Source: Candidatus Multivoradales bacterium (GTDB lineage: Bacteria > Acidobacteriota > Thermoanaerobaculia > Multivoradales > JAHEKO01). Taken from it: a stretch of DNA of 64,000 nucleotides. The position numbers and the translations under genes are program-made. Below are positions 50,578 through 59,817 of the stretch, one piece after another; the first letter of the stretch is position 1; every line of letters begins with the position of its first letter. The notes under the pieces are model-generated. The model made no database searches and had not been told where the DNA came from. It saw nothing but the letters and a program-made list of their open reading frames with translations. The stretch is taken from assembly GCA_965223855.1 (NCBI GenBank), contig CBDCXM010000009.1:1376001-1440000 (forward strand), in the 5' to 3' direction.

Positions 50578-51617
50578 TCCGCCGCGTGCTGCTGATGGCG
50601 GCCGGGGTCGCCCTCTTCTGGCAGGGAGTGGCCCTCGGCGGTGCCTGAGCCGGCTGAAGCAACCCCAACCTCCCGGGAGGAGGTTCCGCCACTCTCTACG
50701 ACCTGGAGCCGGGCCGGTTTCACGTTACCTTCGACTGGATGGGAACCAGGCTCGGCGCCGGCCATTCCGTGGACCCGGACCAGTACGAGCCGGGCATCCC
50801 CGACGATGAACAGGCCGCCCGCCACCTCGTCGATCTGACGGTGCAGGAGCTCGCTACCCGGCTCTCCCTGGGGGTGACGAAGAGGTGGGCCGTCGATCTC
50901 GAGATTCCGCTGCGCGACGTCGCCATCGAGGCGGATTTCGAGGACGCGGCGGGTCGCCCTCTTCCCGATTTCGAGAGCATTCACCACCGCGACGAGACGA
51001 TCTCCGGTGTCGGCGACGTGAGTGTCACCGGCCGCTACCGTTGGAAGCCGCTCAACCTCGTCGGATGGTTCTTCGACCTCTCTGCGGGCGCAACTCTGCC
51101 GACCGGCCACACCGAAGAGGACCCGTTCGACCTCGGCAGCCGCGGTCTCGAGCACCAGCACCTCTTCTTCGGCAGCGGCACGGTCGATCCGATCGTCGGC
51201 GTCACGGCGGTGCGGCGCGGGGAGTCGTCGGTGACGCTCGGTTGGTTCAGGGCGAAGACCGCGATCGACACGAACTCCAGGGGATACCAGGCCGGCGAGC
51301 GTCTCTCGGCCGGCATCGCGGCGACTCGAAACTTCGGTCGCGAGCTGTGGAACTTCACCGGTCAGCTAGAGGTCTTCCACGAGGGGGCTTCTACCTGGGC
51401 CGGCCGGGACGCTCGCAACAGCGGCCGCACCGATCTGCTCACGAACCTCGGAGCTTCGTGGACGCCGGATCCCGACTGGACGCTGCGCGCGGTACTGCGC
51501 CTGCCGACAAACCTCGACGCCCGTGGTGGTCAGTTGGACCTCGAACCGATCCTCTCTTTCGGCGTCACGCGGTCCTGGAGCTTCGGGGAGCACGTGCACG
51601 AGGAAGAAGACCACTAG
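50574..51617 (+). CDS. Putative selenoprotein: outer-membrane beta-barrel ('transporter'/MetA-pathway-like) with N-terminal UxxU motif, 347 aa
   Basis: ATG 50574; 24-aa signal-like peptide; in-frame TGA 50646 and TGA 50655; frame continues without stop into the 50739-51617 barrel ORF (SGVGDVSV, GATLPTG, GSGTVD); hairpin directly downstream of the TGAs. Confidence 0.8.
50667..50685 (+). promoter_or_regulatory. Candidate bacterial SECIS element
   Basis: AACCTCC-CGGGA-GGAGGTT, 7-bp stem with G at loop position 2; 16 nt separate the second UGA from the loop and 25 nt the first. Confidence 0.65.
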
Positions 51618-51849
51618 TCAGGCCCGACAGGAGCGCCGGGCTGCCGCGATCGAGCGCGAAGTTGCGGCGAACGACCTCGGGCACCTCAGCTCCCGGTCTC
51701 GACTCCTCGAGGCAGCTCGGCACCCATTCCCGGAGGCGATGGGATCAGGCCACGGCTTCCGCGAAGTCGGGGCGGCCTGCCTGCGAGTGCCGGTGCTACG
51801 GTTGCCGGATGTGCGGCGGGAGTTGCCTGGGATGACGGGCGGAAACCAC

Positions 51850-54117
51850 GTGAGGAGTCCGAGCACCCGGGCGCTCGGAGCGTTCCGGGTCTCTGCGGTG
51901 CTCGCGATTGCCGGCTTTCTCCTGGCTCTCGCGCTGGCTTTTCGCGGAAGGTTGGAGATTCCCGCGACCCGACGAGACGGAGGCGTTAGGGTGAGTGGGG
52001 GTACCGAGGAGATGGCGCGGCGACTCGATGCCGCCGTCTCCGGGCTCGATCCGCTCCGCTCCCTTCTTTCCGACCGTCCCGAGGTGCGCATCGAGGCGTT
52101 TCGTAGCAAGTGGACGGCGGCCACCCGCCGCCCCGATCGGATCCGCACCGGCCACCGGCTCGGCTTCGTGCAGCTCGCCAACGGCAGGATCGATGCCGCC
52201 ATCGACACCTACCGGGAGCTTCTCGACCCGATCGCCGGACGCATCCGCCCGCGGCTCGAGGCGATGCTGCGGACGTTCCTCGCTTCGGCCTATCTGCGTC
52301 GGGCCGAGGACGGCAACTGCCTCGAACCGGGGAATCCACGGGCCTGTTTGCTGCCGATCCGCGGTCACGGGGTGCACCAGGAGGGGGAGGCGGGACGTCT
52401 CGCCCTCGAGGAGTTGTCGAAGGTCCTCGAGCTGACGCCCGAGGATCTCGGAGCGCGCTGGCTGCTCAACCTCGCAGCGATGAATCTCGGGAGCCACCCG
52501 GAGGGCGTGTCGGAGGAGCTCCGGTGGGACCTCGATCTGTTCGGCCGCCAGGCCGAGCTGACCGAGTTCCCGAACACCGCCGGCAGTGCGGGCGTCGATG
52601 TTCTGGGCCTTTCCGGCGGGGTGGTCCTCGACGATCTCAACGGGGACGGTTCGCTCGATCTCCTCGTCTCGTCCTGGGGACTGCGCGATCCCCTGCAGGT
52701 GTTCGCCAACGACGGCTCGGGCTCGTTCGTGGAGATCACCGAGCGGGCCGGGCTCGACGGCATCACCGGCGGGCTCAATCTCGTTCACGGCGACTACGAC
52801 AACGACGGCGACGTGGACGTCTTCGTCCTCCGTGGGGCGTGGCAGGACCGTTTCGGCGAGATGCCCAACTCGCTGCTGCGCAACCGCGGCGACGGCAGCT
52901 TCGACGACGTCACGATCGAGGCGGGAGTGTTCAGCGCCCGTCCGACGCAGACCGCCGCCTGGGGCGACTACGACGGCGACGGCGACCTCGATCTCTTCGT
53001 CGGCAACGAGTCCCGCGGCAACCGCGACTACCCGTGCGAGCTGTTTCGCAACAACGGCGACGGCACCTTCACCGAGGTCGGAGAGGCGGTGGGCGTCGCG
53101 GTCGTCGGCTTCGTCAAGGCCGCGGTCTGGGGCGACTACGACAACGACGGCCGCCCCGACCTCTTCCTTTCGCGTTTCGGCCAGGGCAATCTGCTCCTGC
53201 GCAACGAGGGCCCCGGCAGTGAGGACTCCCCTGGCGACGAGTCGTGGCGGTTCGTCGATCGCTCCATCGCCGCCGGCGTGGCCGATCCGGCGGAGAGTTT
53301 CCCGGCCTGGTTCTGGGACTACGATCAGGACGGTTGGCTCGATCTGCTGGTGCTGCCGTTTCCGGGGTTCGACGCTCGCGCCCTCGATCAGGTGATCGCC
53401 GGCTACCTCGGTCGACAGACCGTCGCCGCAGTGCCGCGTCTCTTTCGGAATCTCGGTGACGGCACTTTCGAGGACTCGACCACGGCCGCCGGCCTCTCCG
53501 GCGAGAGCATGCTGGCGATGGGGTCGAACTTCGGCGATCTCGACAACGACGGCTGGTTCGACTTCTATGTCGGCACCGGCACTCCCGACCTCGCGACCCT
53601 CGTTCCCAACCGGATGTACCGCGGCGGGGCCGACGGCATCTTCGAGAGCGTCACTCTCTCCGGCGGCTTCGGCCATCTGCAGAAGGGACACGGGGTCGCT
53701 TTCGGCGACATCGACGATGACGGAGACCAGGACGTCTATGCGGTGCTCGGTGGCGCCTACCCGGTCGACGTGGCGCGCAATGCCCTTTTCCTCAACCCCG
53801 GGAACGGGGGCCGTTGGCTGACGCTGCGACTGGTCGGTCGATCCGCGAATCGCTCGGCGATCGGCAGTCGCGTGCGGATCTTCACCTCGGGGCCGGGAGG
53901 GTTGAAGACACATCATCACCTGGTCGGCTCCGGCGGCAGCTTCGGCGCTTCGAGTCTGCGCCTCGAGGTCGGCCTGGGAACTGCCGACGCGATCGAGATC
54001 GTGGAGATCGACTGGCCCGGCGGCGCGACCGAGCGGGTAGAGGGTCTCGAACTCGACTCGTCCTGGGTCGTCCGCGAAGGGCGAGGTGCGACCCGGCTCG
54101 TGAGGAGGGGCGCCTGA
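51850..54117 (+). CDS. CRTAC1/ASPIC-UnbV family protein with TPR and FG-GAP repeats
   Basis: Repeated GDYDNDGxxDL motifs, ARWLLNLAAMNLG, GHLQKGHG, NRSAIGSRV, GSGGSFGASSLRLEVGLG; start uncertain. Confidence 0.88.
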   Translation: MRSPSTRALGAFRVSAVLAIAGFLLALALAFRGRLEIPATRRDGGVRVSGGTEEMARRLDAAVSGLDPLRSLLSDRPEVRIEAFRSKWTAATRRPDRIRTGHRLGFVQLANGRIDAAIDTYRELLDPIAGRIRPRLEAMLRTFLASAYLRRAEDGNCLEPGNPRACLLPIRGHGVHQEGEAGRLALEELSKVLELTPEDLGARWLLNLAAMNLGSHPEGVSEELRWDLDLFGRQAELTEFPNTAGSAGVDVLGLSGGVVLDDLNGDGSLDLLVSSWGLRDPLQVFANDGSGSFVEITERAGLDGITGGLNLVHGDYDNDGDVDVFVLRGAWQDRFGEMPNSLLRNRGDGSFDDVTIEAGVFSARPTQTAAWGDYDGDGDLDLFVGNESRGNRDYPCELFRNNGDGTFTEVGEAVGVAVVGFVKAAVWGDYDNDGRPDLFLSRFGQGNLLLRNEGPGSEDSPGDESWRFVDRSIAAGVADPAESFPAWFWDYDQDGWLDLLVLPFPGFDARALDQVIAGYLGRQTVAAVPRLFRNLGDGTFEDSTTAAGLSGESMLAMGSNFGDLDNDGWFDFYVGTGTPDLATLVPNRMYRGGADGIFESVTLSGGFGHLQKGHGVAFGDIDDDGDQDVYAVLGGAYPVDVARNALFLNPGNGGRWLTLRLVGRSANRSAIGSRVRIFTSGPGGLKTHHHLVGSGGSFGASSLRLEVGLGTADAIEIVEIDWPGGATERVEGLELDSSWVVREGRGATRLVRRGA

Positions 54118-54200
54118 CGAAGGGTGGCGCCGGCCGCTTCGTCGGAACAGTAGAACCGCCGGAAGGGTAGAGTTCGAGAGAACAGCGAGAGACTCCACCC

Positions 54201-54938
54201 ATGAAGCTCGAAGAACTACGCGATGTCTACGAAGGGCTCGGCGAAGACGATCCGCTGTGGGCGGTGCTGACCGCAGATCGCTACCGCGACAATCGCTGGG
54301 ACCCAGAGGCCTTCTTCGCCTCCGGAAGGACCGAGATCACCGAGGTCGTGGGGTACCTGGAGCGGCTCGGCCGATCGCCGGAAGGGGGCAGGGTGCTCGA
54401 CTTCGGTTGCGGGGTTGGCCGGCTCTCGCTCGCCCTCGCGGAGCACTTCGACGACGTGACGGGCGTCGACATCTCGACGTCGATGCTCGAACGGGCACGC
54501 GACTTCAACCGTTTCGGCGACCGGGTGCGGTTCGTTCACAACGACCGTGCAGATCTCGAGGTCCTCGGCGACGCCCGGTTCGACCTCGTCTACAGCAACA
54601 AGACGCTGCAGCACATCGCCCCCCGCTTCTCGCTCGCCTATGTGGCGGAGTTCCTCCGACTCCTCGCTCCGGGCGGTGTGGCGCTCTTCATGATTCCCGC
54701 CGGTCCGCACCGCGCGGGATCGTGGTCGCGGCGCTGGTACCGGCTGTGGTCCGAGCGTCTGCGGCCGGGACTCAAGCAGCTTCGCGGGCGGCCACGGGTG
54801 GAGATGCACTCCGTCTCGCCCCGCGAGGTGGCGGAGACGGTCGAGGCGGCGGGCGGGCGGATCGTCGACCGGGTCGATCAGTCGCCGCGACGCCGGCGAA
54901 GGAAGCGGATGCGCTACTGCGCCGTCGTCGAAGGCTAG
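54201..54938 (+). CDS. Class I SAM-dependent methyltransferase
   Basis: VLDFGCGVGRL, GVDIS, FDLVYS, LQHI, LAPGG. Confidence 0.92.
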   Translation: MKLEELRDVYEGLGEDDPLWAVLTADRYRDNRWDPEAFFASGRTEITEVVGYLERLGRSPEGGRVLDFGCGVGRLSLALAEHFDDVTGVDISTSMLERARDFNRFGDRVRFVHNDRADLEVLGDARFDLVYSNKTLQHIAPRFSLAYVAEFLRLLAPGGVALFMIPAGPHRAGSWSRRWYRLWSERLRPGLKQLRGRPRVEMHSVSPREVAETVEAAGGRIVDRVDQSPRRRRRKRMRYCAVVEG

Positions 54939-55008
54939 CGCGCCGAGTGCCCGGGCCGCTGCCCGGGCCACTGAAGAGCCCGGGCAGCGGAGTCGGCGGA
55001 CGGCCCTG

Positions 55009-55827
55009 CTACTCGCCGCCGCCGTCGGGCATGGCCGCCTGGGAGAAGTGAACCACCATGACGATCTGATCTTCGTGACGGTCGGTGAAGACCTCCTCCA
55101 TCCGCGCCTGCGTCTCGGCGTCCGGCATCCCGAGCGCGGCGTCGACGGCGTCACGGGCGGCGAGCGTCTCGGCGCTGTACCAGCTCATGTGGGTCCACGG
55201 GTAGCTCCGGTGGACCGCCGGCGCGTGCAGGCCGTAGGCGATGATGTCGCCGTTCGCCGCCACCTGGTCGAAGGCGGGAGCGGCGAAGTTCTTGTAGAGC
55301 TCCATGACCGCGCCTTCCTTGCCCGGCTTCGCCTCGAAGTACCCGAGGTGGATGTAGTTCGGCCGTCCCTCGAGGTTGCCACCCAGATGGACCGAGCGGT
55401 TGATGACGTCGAAGTGGGAGCCGTCGACCACCGTCGAGTCCCACAACTCGGCCTCGGCGGCGAGCTCCTCGGGAGACATCGACTGCCTCTTCGCCATGAA
55501 GGCGGCCATGAACTGGTCCATCGCTTCCCAGCCGACGAACGACACCCACTCGACGTGCGAGGTGGCGTCGCCACCGTCGTGGACGACGTTGAGGCCGACG
55601 CCCCAGTTCAATGCGGCTCCGGACGCGAGGAGCGGCTCGTAGGCCTCGGTGCCCTGCTGGATCATCATGCCGATCAGCGCGTCGCTCTGGCCCGGCTGCG
55701 CCTTGAGCTGGTTGATCCAGACGTAGATCGGCGGCCCGTCGGGCGCCTGGGCGGTCGCCGTCGCCGGCGTCAACAGAGCGGCGATCGCGAGCAGGGTGAG
55801 GACGGCAGGAATCGTCTTGGTACGCAT
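55009..55827 (-). CDS. Secreted protein with two dimeric alpha/beta-barrel-like (NIPSNAP-like) repeats
   Basis: AAGGAGG RBS, signal peptide, duplicated KAQPGQ/EAKPGK and SHVEW/THMSW halves. Confidence 0.6.
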   Translation of the reverse strand: MRTKTIPAVLTLLAIAALLTPATATAQAPDGPPIYVWINQLKAQPGQSDALIGMMIQQGTEAYEPLLASGAALNWGVGLNVVHDGGDATSHVEWVSFVGWEAMDQFMAAFMAKRQSMSPEELAAEAELWDSTVVDGSHFDVINRSVHLGGNLEGRPNYIHLGYFEAKPGKEGAVMELYKNFAAPAFDQVAANGDIIAYGLHAPAVHRSYPWTHMSWYSAETLAARDAVDAALGMPDAETQARMEEVFTDRHEDQIVMVVHFSQAAMPDGGGE

Positions 55828-55952
55828 ACTTCCCTCCTTGGAAGCCGGCCGGGTGCGCAGGCGGCGCTGTAGCGACTCCCTCCTGTGAGAGCGGCTGTCG
55901 ACCCCGGTACCGGTTTTGATGGTGAATCGAGGCCCTCAATATACTGCAAGCC

Positions 55953-56444
55953 ATGCTGTCGACGGGTGCGATCGACGTTGCGTTCCAGAAGCTGATGCCG
56001 GGCAACGGTTGTTTCGGCTGTGGCCCCGAAAACCCGGACGGCCTGAGGATCGAGAGCTTCTGGAAGAGCGTGGCGCCGGATGCCGAGGCGGTCTGCACCT
56101 ACGTGCCGCATCCGCACCAGTCGGCCGGCCCCCCTCAGTGGCTCAACGGCGGCATCGTGTCGGTGCTCATCGACTGCCACTCGGTCTGCACGGCCGTGGC
56201 GGATGCCTACCGGCGCGAGGGCCGGGCGATGGGTGAGGAGCCCCTGATCTGGTACGTCACCGGACGGCTCAGTGTCGACTACCTGCGACCGACGCCGATC
56301 GACCGGCCGGTCGATCTCACGGCACGGGTGACGGCGGTCGAGGGAAAGAAGACGACCGTCGCCTGCCGTCTCGAGTCGGACGGGGTCGTGTGTGCTCAGG
56401 GGGAAGTGCTGGCGATCCGGGTCTCGGAAAGCTGGCGGGGATGA
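55953..56444 (+). CDS. PaaI / hotdog-fold thioesterase
   Basis: CFGCG, LNGGIVSVLIDCH, VTGRLSVDYLRPTP. Confidence 0.9.
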   Translation: MLSTGAIDVAFQKLMPGNGCFGCGPENPDGLRIESFWKSVAPDAEAVCTYVPHPHQSAGPPQWLNGGIVSVLIDCHSVCTAVADAYRREGRAMGEEPLIWYVTGRLSVDYLRPTPIDRPVDLTARVTAVEGKKTTVACRLESDGVVCAQGEVLAIRVSESWRG

Positions 56445-56487
56445 CCTCCCAGTCGGGGAGAAGTTCGCGCTCCGGCGAGGCGGAGGC

Positions 56488-56540
56488 GGCCGGTGAAGGG
56501 CGGCCAGTGAAGGGCGGCCAGTCAAGGGAGGCCAGTGAAG
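56488..56540. repeat. 14-bp tandem repeat, about 3.8 copies
   Basis: GGCCAGTGAAGGGC units with one or two mismatches. Confidence 0.85.
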
Positions 56541-56652
56541 ATCGACACAGGAAGGCTCGAGCGCGGGTGCTAGGGTTTTCGGCATCGCGATCAACGTTCT
56601 GAACACGACTCGGCCGGCCGGCGCCGGCTCGAATGGATTCGGAGACGACGCC

Positions 56653-57984
56653 ATGCCCAGGACGCCCCTCTTCCGCCTCGCTCTCGGCTTCTGCTCATGC
56701 CTTGCCGCCACGGCGGTTCTGGCTCAGGGCAGCCCCGTGGGGCCCGAGTTCCAGGTCAATACCTATGACTTCGGGCGGCAGGATCGCCCCGACGTCGCGG
56801 TTCATGACGACGGCGACTTCGTTGTCGTCTGGAGGAGTGAGTTCCAGGACGGCTCCTACGGTGGCGTCTTCGCTCAGCGCTTCGACGCCGACGGGAACGA
56901 GTTGGGTGGTGAGTTCCAGGTCAACACCTACTTCGTCAACTCTCAGAGGGGCGCCCGCGTCGCGTCGACTCCGTCGGGCGGCTTCATCGTCGTCTGGTCG
57001 AGCGTCAATCAGAACGAAGGCGGCAGTGCGCCCAGCGACATCTACGCGCAGCGTTTCAACGCTGCCGGTACCGCCCTCGGAGCCGAGCTGCAGGTCAGCG
57101 AGGCGGGGATCGAGCGCGACGTCGAACCGGACGTCGCGACCGACTCCGCTGGCAACTTCGTCGTGACCTGGGCGAGGACCCAGTACTACAGCGAGGGGTA
57201 CGGCGGAGCGGAGATCTACGGCCGACGCTTCGATGCTTTCGGCGTTCCGCAGGGTAGCGAGTTCCAGATCAACAGCTACACGACCGGCTCTCAGTACTCC
57301 GCACGTGTGGCGATGAACCCCAACGGCAGCTTCGTCGTCGTCTGGTCGGGCGGCGACGACGGCGACCAGAGCGGAGTCGCCGGTCAGCTCTTCGACAACA
57401 CCGGCGCCCCTGACGGAGCCGAGTTTCAGATCAACGCCTACACGAGCAGCGATCAGGCACGACCGGAGGTGGGGGTGGCGGCCAACGGCGATTTCGTCGT
57501 CGCCTGGCAGGGCCACTACGGTCAGGACGGCAGCGGCACCTCAGTACAGGCCCGGCGGTTCGACGCGAGCGCCACCCCCCTCGGTGACGAATTCCAGGTC
57601 AACGCCTACACGACGCAGAGTCAGGACGACATCGATCTCGCGGTGAGCGAGGACGGCAGCTTCGTCGCCACCTGGCGGAGCCGTCAGCTCAAGGACGACG
57701 ATGTCATCGCGCGGCGTTTCAATGCCGACGACGGCCCTCGCGGGGACGAATTCGTGGTCAACGCCTACACCACCGACAGCCAGCGGCAGCCCGCCGTCGC
57801 CGAACTCGACGAGAACCGCTTCGTCGTCGTGTGGCATAGCGACAACACCGGCCTTCCACCGCTTCTCGAAGAGCTGCTCGGTGGCGGTCAGACGGACATC
57901 TTCGGCCAACGCTTTTCGTACCTGATCTTCGAGGACGACTTCGAGTCGGGCGACACCTCCGCCTGGTCGAATGTCGTCCCCTGA
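56653..57984 (+). CDS. Secreted repeat protein (EFQVNxYT repeats, probable beta-propeller) with IFEDDFESGDTSAWS C-terminal tail
   Basis: Signal peptide; six to seven ~57-aa repeats GxEFQ(V/I)NxYT...FVVVW...RF. Confidence 0.85.
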   Translation: MPRTPLFRLALGFCSCLAATAVLAQGSPVGPEFQVNTYDFGRQDRPDVAVHDDGDFVVVWRSEFQDGSYGGVFAQRFDADGNELGGEFQVNTYFVNSQRGARVASTPSGGFIVVWSSVNQNEGGSAPSDIYAQRFNAAGTALGAELQVSEAGIERDVEPDVATDSAGNFVVTWARTQYYSEGYGGAEIYGRRFDAFGVPQGSEFQINSYTTGSQYSARVAMNPNGSFVVVWSGGDDGDQSGVAGQLFDNTGAPDGAEFQINAYTSSDQARPEVGVAANGDFVVAWQGHYGQDGSGTSVQARRFDASATPLGDEFQVNAYTTQSQDDIDLAVSEDGSFVATWRSRQLKDDDVIARRFNADDGPRGDEFVVNAYTTDSQRQPAVAELDENRFVVVWHSDNTGLPPLLEELLGGGQTDIFGQRFSYLIFEDDFESGDTSAWSNVVP

Positions 57985-58022
57985 TCGGATCGGGTAGGCG
58001 CTCCGGCGACTTCGAGTCGCCG

Positions 58023-58086
58023 GCCGAACCTGCGAGCTGCCGAACCTGCGAGCTGCCGAACCCGCGAGCTGCCGAACCCGCGAGCT
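58023..58086. repeat. 16-bp tandem repeat, 4 copies
   Basis: GCCGAACCTGCGAGCT x2, then GCCGAACCCGCGAGCT x2, no spacers. Confidence 0.9.
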
Positions 58087-58233
58087 AACAGTCCGGGTCT
58101 GACCCGGAGACCCTCGCGCTGCGATCGCGCGATGGCGGTCCGACCTGATCGAGCGGGTGACGGGACCCGCCCGATGGGGTGTTCCGGGGACCACACCGAG
58201 CGGCTAGCGTGGCGGTGACGCAAGGAGGTTCCC

Positions 58234-59160
58234 ATGCTCGATCTCGAGACGATTGTCTTCCCGACCGACTTCTCCCCATGTTCGAACCAGGCGTTCGACT
58301 TCGCGGTCCTGCTCGCGGAGATGGAAAAGGCTCAGCTGCACCTGCTGCACGCCACCGTTCTCTTCGGTTCGGACGTCGGCGATCCCTCGGACCGGTTCCC
58401 GGAGGCGATCGAGCTTCTCGACCGGCTCGAAAAGCTGTCCAAGTCTGAGCTCGGGGCTCTCGCGACTCGCGACCGACTGGCGGCGCTGAAGGTCCGCGAG
58501 GCCGTGCGTCGCGGTTTCAAGGTGTCGGAAGTCGTGCTCGACTACGCGCGCGAAGTCGATGCCGACGCGATCGTGATGGGTACCCACGGCCGACGGGGCC
58601 CCAGGCGTTGGCTGATCGGTTCGGTGACCGAGGAGGTCCTCCGGGCCAGCCGCGTTCCGGTGCTCGTGGTACGCGAAGATTCCGCCGAGCAGGCGAAGGA
58701 CGAGCGGCTTCGTGCGATCGACCGCATCCTCGTTCCGATCGACTTCAGCCGCAACTCCGCCCGGGCACTCGAGACCGCCGTCCGTCTGGCCGACGCTCTC
58801 GATGCGGTCGTCTCGCTGCTGCATGTCGTCGATCTTCCGGCCGTTCCGAGCTTCTACGGTCAGGCGTTGGTGACCGATCTCAGTCAGGTCGAGAACCGAT
58901 CGCTGGATGCGCTGAACGAGCTGGCCGCCGAAGCCGGCCTGGCCGAGGATCGCTACGAGGCGTTCGTCGATACCGGCTGGCCGTCGGCAGCGATCGTCGA
59001 TCATGCCGCGCGGCGCGACTGCGGCCTCATCGTGCTCACCGCGCACAGCCGGCATCGTTCCGGTCTGCTGGGCAACACGACCGACGTCGTGCTGCGCCGA
59101 GCGACCTGCCCGGTGCTCGCCCTCCCCGGTGCGGAACGCGGTTCCGACGACGAAGACTGA
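58234..59160 (+). CDS. Tandem-domain universal stress protein
   Basis: IVFPTDFS...IVMGTHGRRG...GSVTEEVLR; second domain ILVPIDFS...GNTTDVVLRRATCPVL; AAGGAGG RBS. Confidence 0.93.
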   Translation: MLDLETIVFPTDFSPCSNQAFDFAVLLAEMEKAQLHLLHATVLFGSDVGDPSDRFPEAIELLDRLEKLSKSELGALATRDRLAALKVREAVRRGFKVSEVVLDYAREVDADAIVMGTHGRRGPRRWLIGSVTEEVLRASRVPVLVVREDSAEQAKDERLRAIDRILVPIDFSRNSARALETAVRLADALDAVVSLLHVVDLPAVPSFYGQALVTDLSQVENRSLDALNELAAEAGLAEDRYEAFVDTGWPSAAIVDHAARRDCGLIVLTAHSRHRSGLLGNTTDVVLRRATCPVLALPGAERGSDDED

Positions 59161-59175
59161 CTCTCTGGAGCCGGG

Positions 59176-59817
59176 TCAGTCTTCCGGTTCGACGATCCGG
59201 TTCCGCAGTGCGTACCCGACCACCTGCGCCCGGTTGTGCAGGTGCAGCTTGTCGAGAATGTTGCGGACGTGGAACTTGACGGTGTTCTCCGAGACCTCGA
59301 GCCGGTCTGCAAGGTCGCGGTTGGAGGTGACGCCGGCGACCATGAGTTCCAGGACCTCGGTCTCCCGCCCGGTCAGGCGGTCGGGATCGCTCGCTCGTTC
59401 GGTGGGATGCGCGAACTCGTGGAGCAGGCGGCGGGCGAGGGTCGGGCTCAGCGCGGGCTCGCCCCGGCCCACTCCTTCCAGGAGGTCGAAGAAACGGTCG
59501 GACTCGATGTTCTTGGTCAGGTAGCCCTTGGCTCCGGACTTGATCGCCTCGAAGAGGTCGCTGTCGTCCTCGGAGGCGGTCAGGATGATGACCTTCACCT
59601 CCGGCAGCTCGGCTGCCAACCGGCGAGTCGCCTCGAGGCCCCCCATGCCGGGCATACTCAGATCCATCAGGACGAGGTCGGGCTTGTGTTCCCAGGCGAG
59701 TTGAACGGCTTCGTCGCCGTTGGCCGCTTCGCCTACGATGTCCAGGTCGCGAGCTTCGAGTAAGCCGCGAAGGCTGTCTCGAAACAGGGCATGGTCGTCA
59801 GCGATGACGATTCTCAC
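59176..59817 (-). CDS. NarL/LuxR-family response regulator
   Basis: Start GTG 59817; IVIADDH, DLSMPG, LTGRETEVL, TVKFHVRNILDKL. Confidence 0.95.
   Translation of the reverse strand: MRIVIADDHALFRDSLRGLLEARDLDIVGEAANGDEAVQLAWEHKPDLVLMDLSMPGMGGLEATRRLAAELPEVKVIILTASEDDSDLFEAIKSGAKGYLTKNIESDRFFDLLEGVGRGEPALSPTLARRLLHEFAHPTERASDPDRLTGRETEVLELMVAGVTSNRDLADRLEVSENTVKFHVRNILDKLHLHNRAQVVGYALRNRIVEPED

Noticed and set aside
50646-50657. Genome-wide UGA reassignment (Trp/Gly)
   Set aside because: Many intact genes in the window end in TGA and use TGG for Trp
50739-51617. Barrel gene starting at ATG 50739 as given by the ORF track, or a pseudogene
   Set aside because: Lacks a signal peptide. The upstream in-frame signal peptide, ATGA coupling, two CxxC-spaced TGAs and hairpin fit Sec read-through better, although a pseudogene cannot be fully excluded
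58023-58086. Possible CRISPR array
   Set aside because: 16-bp units are directly adjacent with no spacers, and there are no cas genes
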